Shown here: in pieces, positions 11,173 to 21,133 of the stretch
Layout of the letters: every line of letters begins with the position of its first letter
Position numbering within the stretch: position 1 is the stretch's first letter
Assembly: GCA_043814095.1 (NCBI GenBank)
Contig: JBDRKI010000075.1
Location: 424-64,423, forward strand
DNA from: Armatimonadota bacterium
GTDB taxonomy: Bacteria; Vulcanimicrobiota; JACPDS01; JBDRKI01
DNA: 64,000 nucleotides
Direction of reading: 5' to 3'
Position numbers and translations under genes: made by a program
Notes under the pieces: model-generated
Told to the model about the DNA's origin: nothing
What the model saw: only the letters and a program-made list of their open reading frames with translations
Databases searched by the model: none

Positions 11173-11264
11173 AGGTCCGGATGCAAAACTCCCGATAACA
11201 TACCGGGAGGAAATATAATCCAGATAGTGAAAAATTACACAAACATCTGAAGGGAGAAAATGAT

Positions 11265-12167
11265 ATGCTAAAAGATCTTAACCAGCTGGTGGAAAAAGCG
11301 AAACAGGACAGACCCAAAAAAATCGTTCTCGTGAAAGCGGAAGACAAAAACGCGCTTCCCGCCCTTAAAGCGGCATGCGATGAAGGCATAGTAGAAGCCA
11401 TCCTTGTCGGAAATAAAACTATTATTGAATCATCTCTTAAAGATCTGGATTTTAAAAAAGGAATAAAAGATATCTTTGACTTCGATGACCCGTATAAGGC
11501 ATCCGCGGAATCGGTAAAGCTCATAAACAGCGGAGAAGGAGACGCTCTTTTAAAAGGACTCCTCCATACGGATATACTTCTTTCCGCGATATTAAACAAA
11601 GAATGCGGATTAAGAACCGGAAAACTCCTGAGCCATGTTGTGGTAGCGGAAATAAAAAGATACCACAAACTTCTCCTTATAACGGATGTGGCGATGAACA
11701 TAGCCCCTGATCTTGACCAGAAAAAACAGATTGTCCAGAACGCGATAGATCTGGCCGCAAAACTGGGAATAGACGATATAAAAGTTGCGTGCCTGGCGGC
11801 TGTGGAAGACGTAAACTCCAAAATGCAGTGCACGCTTGACGCGGCATGCCTTGCCAAGATGAGCGATCGCGGCCAGATAAAAGGCGGAAAAGTTGACGGC
11901 CCGCTCGCGTTTGACAACGCTATAAGCAAAAAAGCCGTGGAGATAAAAGGCATAAAAAGCTCCGTCGCGGGAGACGCCGACATACTTTTAGTACCGCAGA
12001 TAGAATCAGGAAACATATTATTTAAAGCCCTTGACTACTTCGGGGAAGAAACAAAAATGGCCGGCATTATCGTAGGAGCAAAATGCCCTGTCGCCCTGCT
12101 CTCAAGAGCTGACAGCGCTGAAAATAAGTTTTACAGCCTGGTACTCGCGGCTTTAAATGCCAATTAA
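11265..12167 (+). CDS. Phosphate acetyl/butyryltransferase family protein (PTA_PTB)
   Basis: 300 aa, typical phosphotransacylase fold sequence (…IVLVKAEDKNALPALKAACDEGIVEAILVG…GPLAFDNAIS…). No adjacent acyl kinase gene. Confidence 0.75.
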   Translation: MLKDLNQLVEKAKQDRPKKIVLVKAEDKNALPALKAACDEGIVEAILVGNKTIIESSLKDLDFKKGIKDIFDFDDPYKASAESVKLINSGEGDALLKGLLHTDILLSAILNKECGLRTGKLLSHVVVAEIKRYHKLLLITDVAMNIAPDLDQKKQIVQNAIDLAAKLGIDDIKVACLAAVEDVNSKMQCTLDAACLAKMSDRGQIKGGKVDGPLAFDNAISKKAVEIKGIKSSVAGDADILLVPQIESGNILFKALDYFGEETKMAGIIVGAKCPVALLSRADSAENKFYSLVLAALNAN

Positions 12168-13479
12168 TATGATTAAAAAATATTTCTATATCATAATTGT
12201 GCTTCTGTTTGCCTTGTCGGGTTTTTGCTCCGCAGGCAGCTTGAATATAAAGAACACAAACCTTTCCAACGGCTTGACTGTAATTACATGCCCTCAAAAA
12301 GAAACGGGAAAGATAACCCTGTGCGGGTTAATAAAGGCGGGCTCCATATACGACCCCGGTGACAAACACGGCCTTTCCAACATAACCGCCAGGATGATAT
12401 CTTCCTCTCTTGCAAGTTACGCGGAAAAATATAAAAAAATAAAAGCCGGTTTAAAATTTACCCTCCATGATTCAAATTACTACACCGAAAATATAAGGTT
12501 TGAAATTACGGCAAATCCCCGGGATCTGGCCGCATTTTTAAACATATTCTGCCATTACCTTATAAACCCCGATTTCGGCAAAGAAGATTTTTCAAAAATT
12601 AAAGGTGAAATCAAAGATGAGCTTTCTGAAAAAATAAATACCGTTGAATTCAAAAAACAGAATATCATTTACAACCAAAACTATCCCGAAAACCACCCTT
12701 ACAACCATTATTATATGGGAAATGAAGAATCTCTTGAAAATATTTCTTTTGAAGATGTTGTAAATTTTTATAAAACCCATTATATACCAAATAATACAAT
12801 AATAGGCATAACCGAACCCGTAAAAGCGGAAAATACCGAAAACCTGCTTAAACAGTATCTGGGCAACTGGAAAAAATGCAAAGATATAAATCTTTCATTC
12901 CCTCCCTTTAAAGAAAATAAAAGAAATGTTGCCATACTGGCCGGGGAGCTGGAGGAAGGAAGCTATGCAATGATCTTAAGCACCCCCACCATTTCCAGAA
13001 CTTCGCCTGATTACTACGCATTAAACATACTGAATTATACTCTGGGGGCTAACCCTTACGAAAACAAGCTCATGGACAATCTGCTTAAAGAAGGAGCGGA
13101 CTACGCGTTTTCCGTATTCCCGCCCGCGCTTGCGGCCAGCTGCTGGCAAATAAACATAAGCTTCAACACCCCCGACAAACTGGACAAAGTAATAGAAACG
13201 GTAAATAAGGTTCTCTTAAAAATATCCTCTGAAGAGCTTTCGGATGAAGAATTAAAAAGAACTAAAAACTATTTCACGGAGAGGTTCCCTCTTCTTATGG
13301 AAATGCCGGGAAATCTGGCGCTCATGCTCGCGTTAACGGAATATTACGGCCTGGGGACGGATTATTTTGATAAGTATAAAACCTATTATACTGCTGTCAG
13401 CGGGGGAAATATTCAAACCCTGGCCCGGAAATATTTAAATCCCGACACCCTTAATATCCTTATAATTAAAGAAGATTAA
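12157..13479 (+). CDS. M16-family (pitrilysin-like) peptidase homologue, probably non-catalytic. Secreted.
   Basis: Signal peptide. M16 fold-like length and composition, but no HxxEH zinc motif is seen. Confidence 0.55.
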   Translation: MPINMIKKYFYIIIVLLFALSGFCSAGSLNIKNTNLSNGLTVITCPQKETGKITLCGLIKAGSIYDPGDKHGLSNITARMISSSLASYAEKYKKIKAGLKFTLHDSNYYTENIRFEITANPRDLAAFLNIFCHYLINPDFGKEDFSKIKGEIKDELSEKINTVEFKKQNIIYNQNYPENHPYNHYYMGNEESLENISFEDVVNFYKTHYIPNNTIIGITEPVKAENTENLLKQYLGNWKKCKDINLSFPPFKENKRNVAILAGELEEGSYAMILSTPTISRTSPDYYALNILNYTLGANPYENKLMDNLLKEGADYAFSVFPPALAASCWQINISFNTPDKLDKVIETVNKVLLKISSEELSDEELKRTKNYFTERFPLLMEMPGNLALMLALTEYYGLGTDYFDKYKTYYTAVSGGNIQTLARKYLNPDTLNILIIKED

Positions 13480-13615
13480 CTGTTTTTGTATTATCAATAT
13501 GTAAAACTTCTCAATATTTCCTTTATAGCATGAATATTACAAAAGGAATATTTAATTTTATAAAGAAATTAAATTTTTAAGGATTATTAATGTATTATAA
13601 AGGTATATATTTATA

Positions 13616-15535
13616 ATGAAAAAAGAAAAAGTAAAGCTTAATTTTAAATTATTAATTACTCCTATTATGCTTTCTATTGTTCTTGGCATAATTATATCCA
13701 TTACCTCCATTGTTTTAAGTCCTACCGCTTTTTATAAATCAGCCGAGACGGTATTCCAGAGAGCTTTCTTTTCGCAGCAGAATAAAAATGCCAGCATTTA
13801 TCATGCTTCTCCCTACCTGAGAGATTTTGTTCTTATCCCCATAGATGACCAGACCTTCAGCAGTCTTAATGCCGAATGGCCGATTCCGAGATCATATTAT
13901 GCCAAACTAATAGAAAAACTCTCCAAAAGCGGAGCAAAATTAATATGCTTTGACATAATATTTCCCGACAAAAGCAGTTTCCCGCAAGACGAAGCTCTTG
14001 CTCAACAGATAAAAGACAATCCGGATCTCCTGCTGGCATATCATTTATCCCTGCTGGGCGTTAATCCCGACAATCCCAGCGAAAAAAAACTCGAAATAAT
14101 TCTCCCTTATAAATTATTTCTTGACGCCCTGGGAAACAGTGAAACCGAACACTTTGAAAAGCTGGGCTTTGTGTCAACTTCAACCGACCAGGATGTTGAC
14201 GGCCTGATAAGATCCGTTACATTCATACAGCCCCATGAAAACAAATCCCTTGTTTCTTTTGACGTAAAAATACTCATGAATATTTTAAATGCCGGGGCAG
14301 ACGATGTAAAAGTAGACAGCGTAAACAACACCCTGATAATAAAAGATAAGGTAATACCCTTAAATAAAAATTATGCCCTGGATTTAAATTTCGGATTCAC
14401 ACCGAAAAACACGGATTATACCGTAGATATAATACCTTTCAGCGAAGTCCTTAACATGCCCGACGATAAACTGGCGGGATATTTCAAGGATAAAATTATA
14501 CTTCTGGGCGTTACCGCGACCGGAGGTCATGATATAAAATATTTCCCCGTAGGTTCCATGCCGGGCATATACGGCCATCTAAATGCCATATTCACGGTAT
14601 TAGACAATAAATTCATACATACTATTCCTCCTTCGAAACAGACACTGTGGATACTGGCATTCGGCTTGATTGTCGGGATAGCGTCCGCGCTGTTGAGGCC
14701 GCGGTATTCCATAATAATACTTATATTGTTTTCTGCTCTGGCCGTATGGTTAAGCTATGATATATTTAAGAAATACTGTGCATTTATACCCATACTACCG
14801 ACCCTATCAAACATTATTCTTACCTTTGTAGTGGTCAGCCTCTACAAATACCAGCAGGAACAGCACGCCAAAAAGAAGCTTTCTGTCATGCTCAGAGAAT
14901 TCGCGCCGCTGCCGCCGGACTACCTTGATCAGGTTATTGCCGAAACAACCGGCTCTGCTCAGCTCGGCGGCCATAGAGTCACTGTAAGTATACTCTTCTC
15001 CGATATACGGGGGTACACCGACCTTTCGGAAAAACTTGACCCTGTTGAAGTTATGAATATGCTAAACGAATACCACAGCGCTATGGGGCATATATTTGAA
15101 GAAAACGGCGGAGTGATATTTGATTACCAGGGCGACGCCCAGATGGTGGTATTCGGGCTGGTTGAGCCGTCAAAAGAAAACCACGCTTTCTATGCCGTAA
15201 AATCCGGGCTCCAGATGCAGGAAAAAGTAAAAGGCTTAATGGAACAGTGGGGCGGAAGGCACGCTTTTGAAGTCGGAGTCGGCGTATGCACAGGTCCTGT
15301 TTCTTTGGGTATTGTAGGTTCAGCCCAGAGAAAACAGTACGCGGCGATAGGAGACTCCACAAACGTGTCCGCAAGACTTCAGGGTATGAGTAAACAGCTG
15401 GAAAGCCCTGTCCTTATAAGTGAATCAACTTATCTTATGTGCAAAGATAAAATTGAAACGGATAAATTGGAACCGGTTAAATTAAAAGGAAAAAGCGAAC
15501 CCCTGCAGGTTTACAGGGCAAATAAAGTTAAATAG
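13616..15535 (+). CDS. Class III adenylate/guanylate cyclase with an N-terminal CHASE2 extracytoplasmic sensor and TM segments
   Basis: N-terminal TM, CHASE2-like region (…GAKLICFDIIFPD…), three TM helices, then a cyclase catalytic domain (SILFSDIRGYTDLSEKL…GDAQMVVFG…GDSTNVSARLQ). Confidence 0.8.
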   Translation: MKKEKVKLNFKLLITPIMLSIVLGIIISITSIVLSPTAFYKSAETVFQRAFFSQQNKNASIYHASPYLRDFVLIPIDDQTFSSLNAEWPIPRSYYAKLIEKLSKSGAKLICFDIIFPDKSSFPQDEALAQQIKDNPDLLLAYHLSLLGVNPDNPSEKKLEIILPYKLFLDALGNSETEHFEKLGFVSTSTDQDVDGLIRSVTFIQPHENKSLVSFDVKILMNILNAGADDVKVDSVNNTLIIKDKVIPLNKNYALDLNFGFTPKNTDYTVDIIPFSEVLNMPDDKLAGYFKDKIILLGVTATGGHDIKYFPVGSMPGIYGHLNAIFTVLDNKFIHTIPPSKQTLWILAFGLIVGIASALLRPRYSIIILILFSALAVWLSYDIFKKYCAFIPILPTLSNIILTFVVVSLYKYQQEQHAKKKLSVMLREFAPLPPDYLDQVIAETTGSAQLGGHRVTVSILFSDIRGYTDLSEKLDPVEVMNMLNEYHSAMGHIFEENGGVIFDYQGDAQMVVFGLVEPSKENHAFYAVKSGLQMQEKVKGLMEQWGGRHAFEVGVGVCTGPVSLGIVGSAQRKQYAAIGDSTNVSARLQGMSKQLESPVLISESTYLMCKDKIETDKLEPVKLKGKSEPLQVYRANKVK

Positions 15536-15571
15536 TTTATTAGTCCGCCTTACAGGCGGTCAGGAGGCTTT

Positions 15572-17161
15572 ATGCGTAATAAACAATACGAGGATATCAT
15601 ACAATCAAATCCAATATTTTATTCTCTGGATAAGGAAATAGTAGCGGAACTTGCTTCCCAGCTCGAAGAAAAGCATTTCAACCCGGATGATATCATCGTA
15701 AAAGAAGGAGACATGGGTGACAGCTTCTACCTTATATTATCCGGCCACGTTTCGGTCCTTAAGCACGATGATAAAAACGAAGAACTTTTAATGGCACAGC
15801 TGGGCCCCGGTGACGGGTTCGGGGAGATGTCCTTATTCTTTGACCAGCCCAGATCCGCAACCATAAAGGCCGCGGATGAAGTCACCGCGCTTGAACTTAA
15901 AAGAACAGCATTTAAAGACCTTATAGAGAAATACCCCCAGATGAACATACAGATATCCCGGCTTATTGAATCACGCGTGTCCCTGCTTGATTCGGCCGAT
16001 CAGATATCAAAAGATAAATTCCGGGCAAGAAGCACTTTAAAGATAGACCTGCCTCTTTTAGACCTGCTTTCAAAATTCAACCTAGCCGCGGGCGGCTCTC
16101 CCCAGGTGCGCAACGCCAGAGAGACAGCTATCCTGGCGGACGAGATGAGTAAAATGCTCTGCCCTATGGTAAGCGATCAAATTACATGCGCGGCATATCT
16201 TTATGAGATAGGAAAGCTTTCCTTAAGCGAAGGGCTGATAAATAAACACAGAAAGCGCTTTCCTTTAACGGAAGAAGAAGAAGAAAAAATCAAGAATATC
16301 TATGAGATAGCATTAAATATACTTGAACCGTTTAAATCTTTAAAAGAAAACATACAGTTTATAAAATACCTGACGAAACAGAACTATACCGATATGCCGC
16401 TTGAAGCGCAGATACTGAAAGTGGCTATTGATTTCCAGGAAATGATAAATACCGAATACCAGAACATACCTAAAAACGAGGCGTTAAAGCGCTTAAAAAA
16501 TAAAGGCGGCACATTATATAATCCCAAAGTAATTATCGCCCTTGAAAAAGTACTGGACAAATTCGTAAAGGTAGGCGTGGAAAACCAGCTTAACTTTTTA
16601 AAGTCCATGAACATAGCTCTGGACTACAAAGACCATTACACACTCAGCCACTCCATGCATACCAGGGATATGGCTCTTAAAATAGCGCAAAAAATGATGC
16701 TGAGCAGGAAAGAATCTGATATGCTTAAGCTTTCAAGCGAACTGCACGATATCGGTAAAATATACATAAAAGACGAAATACTGAACGCCCCCAGAAAACT
16801 TACGGAACTGGAATTTGATATAATGAAGCAGCATCCCGTATGGTCCGCGGCGTTTTTCGCGGAAATACCGGGAATGGAAGAACTTACAACAATCATACGC
16901 CACCATCACGAAAAATACGACGGCTCGGGATATCCGGACAGGTTAAAAGGCGATGAGATACCGCTGCTTTCAAGAATAATGGCTCTTGCCGATGTATACA
17001 GCGCGCTTACGACCGAGCGAGTATACAGGCTGGACATGAGGGGCAAAAAACTCGCCTATGATCCGGAAAAAGCCCTGGAGATCATGGAAAAAATGCAGCC
17101 GGGACAGTTTGACCCTGAATTATTCAAGATATTTAAGGAGATTATCCTTGAAGAAAAATAA
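15572..17161 (+). CDS. Cyclic-nucleotide-binding domain protein fused to an HD-GYP phosphodiesterase domain
   Basis: N-terminal cNMP-binding motifs (GDGFGEMSLF…PRSATIKA). C-terminal HD-GYP signature (HSMHTRDMA…ELHDIGKIYI…HHHEKYDGSGYPDRLKGDEIPLLSRIMALADVYSALT). Confidence 0.8.
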   Translation: MRNKQYEDIIQSNPIFYSLDKEIVAELASQLEEKHFNPDDIIVKEGDMGDSFYLILSGHVSVLKHDDKNEELLMAQLGPGDGFGEMSLFFDQPRSATIKAADEVTALELKRTAFKDLIEKYPQMNIQISRLIESRVSLLDSADQISKDKFRARSTLKIDLPLLDLLSKFNLAAGGSPQVRNARETAILADEMSKMLCPMVSDQITCAAYLYEIGKLSLSEGLINKHRKRFPLTEEEEEKIKNIYEIALNILEPFKSLKENIQFIKYLTKQNYTDMPLEAQILKVAIDFQEMINTEYQNIPKNEALKRLKNKGGTLYNPKVIIALEKVLDKFVKVGVENQLNFLKSMNIALDYKDHYTLSHSMHTRDMALKIAQKMMLSRKESDMLKLSSELHDIGKIYIKDEILNAPRKLTELEFDIMKQHPVWSAAFFAEIPGMEELTTIIRHHHEKYDGSGYPDRLKGDEIPLLSRIMALADVYSALTTERVYRLDMRGKKLAYDPEKALEIMEKMQPGQFDPELFKIFKEIILEEK

Positions 17162-17972
17162 AGCTAACTTAAGTTTATCAACCTGGGATTATTTATACCT
17201 GCCGCCTTTTAAAGCGTTGGATAAAATATCTTCCATGGGGTTTGATTCGGTTGAATTATGGGGAGATTATCCCCATTTCTGGCCCAGGAAGTATCTGATT
17301 AAAGACAATCTTCAGAAACTAAAAAACAAACTAAAAAAATTCACGGGGCTTAATTCCGTACATGCCCCCATAGTAAGACTTACAAGCAAAAACGCGGGCC
17401 TGCGTGAAGAAGCCATTAAGCAAGTAAAGGAAACCATACTGCTGGCCGGAAAGCTCGGCATAAAATACATAACGCTGCACGGCGGAGAAAAGCCTTTTAA
17501 TATGCAGAACTGCAACTTCACCGGGCAAACATACAATTTATTCATCAATGACCTTAAAAAACTAGGGATTCTGGCCGGCAGAAAAAGCGTAATCCTTTGC
17601 CTTGAAAATATACCCGGAGAATTCGGTTTTGAAGCTCATGAGATGAAAAAACTTTTAAGCAGGGTTAACTCTAAAGGGGTCTGCATGACTCTTGATATAG
17701 GGCATGCCAATCTCGCGGGAGGCGATAAAGTGTTTGAATTTTTCAAACTATTAAAGAATAAAATAAGAGTGATGCATATAAATGATAATGACGGATCCGG
17801 AGACGATCACCTGGCGATAGGGTCCGGAAACATAAAATTCTGCGAGTTTTTCAATAAATTCGGCAAGGATTTGGAAAACAAAGTGCTTGTTGGAGAGCTT
17901 GCATATAATAAAAAGAACCCCGAAAAACCGATACTCGGATTTATTAATTTTATGAAAAATTTCACCGCATAA
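17058..17972 (+). CDS. Sugar phosphate isomerase/epimerase (xylose-isomerase-like TIM barrel) family protein
   Basis: Motifs such as GFDSVELW, KYITLHGG and TLDIGHAN. The track ORF start overlaps the previous gene, so the real start is probably internal (first ATG at 17235; a conserved LSLSTWD lies upstream of it). Confidence 0.7.
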   Translation: MIRKKPWRSWKKCSRDSLTLNYSRYLRRLSLKKNKANLSLSTWDYLYLPPFKALDKISSMGFDSVELWGDYPHFWPRKYLIKDNLQKLKNKLKKFTGLNSVHAPIVRLTSKNAGLREEAIKQVKETILLAGKLGIKYITLHGGEKPFNMQNCNFTGQTYNLFINDLKKLGILAGRKSVILCLENIPGEFGFEAHEMKKLLSRVNSKGVCMTLDIGHANLAGGDKVFEFFKLLKNKIRVMHINDNDGSGDDHLAIGSGNIKFCEFFNKFGKDLENKVLVGELAYNKKNPEKPILGFINFMKNFTA

Positions 17973-18005
17973 TATATATATAAATATATCGCGGTATGCG
18001 GCAGA

Positions 18006-19637
18006 TTGGAGAATATTATGTCTAACGAAGAAAACAAAAAGACAGATGAACCCACGGAGCAAAAAGAAAAAAAGAGAACTCCCAAAGAAATAGAGATGGA
18101 AGCGCGCGCGAAAAAAATGAGGGTAGAGTATGTCAACATAGCAAAACTTACTTTTGACCCTAAGGTCTCCAACATTATACCCGAAGACCTCTCAAAAAGA
18201 GACAAGCTTGTGTGCATAGAAAAAAAAGAAAATAAAATAACCGTGGCGATGGCCGACCCCATGGATGTTTTCGCCATAGATGACGTAAAAATGCGCACCG
18301 GCATGGATGTTAAAATAGTGCTTGGCGCCATTGACGATATTGAAAAAGCGCTTGTAGACATCTACGGCGAGGATACTTCGTGGAAATCCAAACTTGAAGA
18401 AGATTTCGGGGATATAAACGTAGACATCTTAAAAGATGAAGACGCGCACTCCGATGAAGACGTAGTTATAGACCAGCCCGTCATAATAGCGGTTAATAAA
18501 ATCATAACACAGGCACTGGAAAGAAAAGCATCCGATATCCATATAGAACCTTTTGAGAACGAACTAATCGTAAGATACAGGATTGACGGTATTCTTCATG
18601 AAATTATGCAGTTTCCCAAAAGCGTCGCTCCCGCCCTTATATCAAGGGTCAAAATCATGTCCAACCTTGATATAGCCGAAAAAAGAATCCCGCAGGACGG
18701 AAGAATACACATGAGAATACAAAAAAGGGATATAGACTTCCGTGTGTCAACGCTGCCCAGCTTATACGGCGAAAGCGTTGTGATGAGAATTCTGGACAGA
18801 AGAAGCATGCAGGTTGATCTTGAAGAGCTGGGCTTTGCTCCCGAGGACCTTAAAAAATTTAAAAACCTTGTTGAGCGCCCGAACGGCGTGGTCCTTGTAA
18901 CAGGCCCTACGGGTTCGGGAAAAACAACAACTCTTTAGTCCACATTAAATTTTATAAACAATCCCGACACAAAAATATTAACCATTGAAGACCCTATAGA
19001 ATACAACCTAAGAGGCATTATACAGGTTCAGACCCATGCAAGGGTAGGCCTTACATTCGCAACGGGATTAAGATCATTTCTCAGGCAGGATCCCGATATA
19101 ATAATGGTCGGAGAGATAAGAGATAAAGAAACAGCGAGCATAGCCATAGAATCAGCATTAACGGGCCACCTGGTTTTAAGCACCCTCCATACAAATGACT
19201 CCGTCGGCGCCGTTACCAGGTTAACAGATATGGGCATAGAGCCGTTTTTGACGGCTTCAACATTAAACGGGGCGCTCGCCCAGAGGCTGGTAAGAAAAGT
19301 ATGCGAGGAATGCAAAAAACCCGTAGACCTGGAAAAAATACCTGACCTTAAAAAATCTTTTGAGGATCATAACATTGACCTTAAAAAAGTAACTCTTTTT
19401 AAGGGAGAAGGGTGCGGGGTCTGCAACCAGACCGGTTATAAAGGACGTCTCGGCATTTATGAAATATTTGCCGCCTCGGATAAAATAAAAGAAATGATCG
19501 TGCAGAGGATTCCTTCACCGGTTCTGCTGGAACAGGCAAGAAAAGAAGGACTGGTTCTGCTTTATGAAGACGGGTTAAATAAAGTTGCCAAGGGCATAAC
19601 TTCATATGAAGAACTGTGCAGGGTAACCATGGATTAA
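18006..19637 (+). pseudogene. pilB: GspE/PilB-family type II secretion or type IV pilus assembly ATPase, interrupted by a single in-frame TAG at 18936-18938
   Basis: N-terminal T2SSE_N-like domain and Walker A (GPTGSGKTTTL). The frame continues through the TAG into the conserved [16 protein letters not shown]…[14 protein letters not shown]…LSTLHTND and C-terminal tetracysteine region. The TAG replaces the conserved Tyr codon position. Confidence 0.8.
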
Positions 19638-20029
19638 CAGTATCCTTTGCCTTTTTTATAGCCCGCGTCCACCGTAAGCTCCATCCCGCCGCGGGATGCA
19701 AATTCCCCCATTACATGCGCTTCAACGGGCTTACACGCGTTAACCACATCTTTTAAAATACGGTTAACGGCATTTTCGCAGAATATTCCCATGTCCCTGT
19801 ATGCAAGCAGGTAAAATTTTAAAGACTTCATCTCCAGGCAAAGCTTATCTGGCACATAACTTATTGTTATAGTGCCGGAATCAGGCAGGCCGGTCTTTGG
19901 ACAGATTGAAGTAAACTCGGGTATACTGAAATTAATTCCGTAGTTTTTATACTGGTTCTCCCAGCATTCTATTCGCGGGAGTTTTTCTTTAATCCCTGAT
20001 TTTGCGTGCTTTTCGGTATATTCCCTCAT
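19634..20029 (-). CDS. queF: NADPH-dependent 7-cyano-7-deazaguanine reductase
   Basis: 131 aa YkvM-type QueF. Conserved catalytic Cys (ICPKTGLPD) and the E(F/M)KSLK motif ([10 protein letters not shown]). Confidence 0.85.
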   Translation of the reverse strand: MREYTEKHAKSGIKEKLPRIECWENQYKNYGINFSIPEFTSICPKTGLPDSGTITISYVPDKLCLEMKSLKFYLLAYRDMGIFCENAVNRILKDVVNACKPVEAHVMGEFASRGGMELTVDAGYKKGKGYC

Positions 20030-20038
20030 AATTATCTC

Positions 20039-21112
20039 CTAGTAAGGCAGGGCCATAAGTTTCTTAAATTCTTCAAGCCGCACAGCTTTAGATTCGGCTT
20101 CTTCCTGGGTTATTACATTTTTCTTAACAAGAGCTCTTAAGGCCTGTTCCTGTGTCTGCATGCCGAAATCTCTGCCCTGTGTCCCCATAATATTCTGAAT
20201 CTGGGCAAACTTACCGTCTTTTATCATGGTCTTAACCTGCGGGATACCCAGCAAAATTTCAAATACCGGCATCATGCTGTCCCCCGTGGCTTTAGTGCAT
20301 AAAGTCTGGGATATAACAAGCTCCAACCCTATGGATAAAAGCGTTTTTGCCTGATGCTGGAGATGCGGAGGATAAAAGTCGATAAATTCTTCAATAAACA
20401 CAACCGAAGAAGGCGCCTGAGCGGCCACCAAAACAAGCGAGCCGCCGGATGAAAGCTCGGCAATCATTTTAGCCGTAGTGTAAGAATTTACCTTATTAAA
20501 AATATATACATCCGCGTTCAAACGGCTGATCGTTTCAAATGCTTTCTCATAAGAGCTGACATCCGTGCCTATTTCTCTCTGACATATTATGCCTTTTTTG
20601 TTTTTGAAAAGAAATTCTATCGGATCTTCCAGGCTTATCATCTGGCAGCTGCGGTTCTCCAGAATATGGTTGATTATCGCGGCAAGGGTTAAGCTTTTCC
20701 CGCTGCCTTCAGTGCCTGTCACGACAATTAAACCCTGGCGAATTTTTAAGATCTGCTCTTTAACAAATTCCGGGAGCAGTAGATCATCAATCGTGGGAAT
20801 TTTCAAGGGATTCATAAAAATTACAGCCGCGTAAGTTCCCCTCTGCATAAATATATTTATTCTAAACCGAGACATCCCCGGCATACTGTATGAAAATTCA
20901 ATCTCTTTTTCTTCTTTAAGTATTTTTTTCTGTTCATCGGTTAACAGCTCGTCAATGAACTCATTTATATCCTGCGGTTTTAAAATACTGTTGTCCAGAG
21001 GGACAAATACGGTTCTCTGCCTTATAATAACAGGACTCCCCGGGACCAGATGCAGGTGCGAAATCTGCTTTTCCACCATCATGCCGAATAATTTATTACG
21101 ATCTAATAACAT
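20039..21112 (-). CDS. pilU: PilT/PilU-family type IV pilus retraction ATPase (paralog 2)
   Basis: Walker A (GTEGSGKS), Asp/His boxes, 357 aa. Adjacent to the canonical pilT. Confidence 0.75.
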   Translation of the reverse strand: MLLDRNKLFGMMVEKQISHLHLVPGSPVIIRQRTVFVPLDNSILKPQDINEFIDELLTDEQKKILKEEKEIEFSYSMPGMSRFRINIFMQRGTYAAVIFMNPLKIPTIDDLLLPEFVKEQILKIRQGLIVVTGTEGSGKSLTLAAIINHILENRSCQMISLEDPIEFLFKNKKGIICQREIGTDVSSYEKAFETISRLNADVYIFNKVNSYTTAKMIAELSSGGSLVLVAAQAPSSVVFIEEFIDFYPPHLQHQAKTLLSIGLELVISQTLCTKATGDSMMPVFEILLGIPQVKTMIKDGKFAQIQNIMGTQGRDFGMQTQEQALRALVKKNVITQEEAESKAVRLEEFKKLMALPY

Positions 21113-21133
21113 TACAACCTCCGTACCGTTAAA

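Noticed and set aside
11090-12016. 308-aa minus-strand ORF
   Set aside because: It lies entirely antisense to cobA/hemD and the Ptb-like gene. The protein is Ser/Ala/Phe-rich, low-complexity and motif-free, so it is a spurious shadow ORF.
17807-18361. 184-aa minus-strand ORF
   Set aside because: It is antisense to the sugar-phosphate isomerase gene and the pilB N-terminus. It shows no RBS and has biased composition, so it is spurious.
18936-18938. Stop-codon reassignment (TAG read as a sense codon)
   Set aside because: TAG terminates other well-conserved genes at their expected ends (for example the cyclase at 15533-15535). A single occurrence in one gene is more parsimoniously a mutation or an error.
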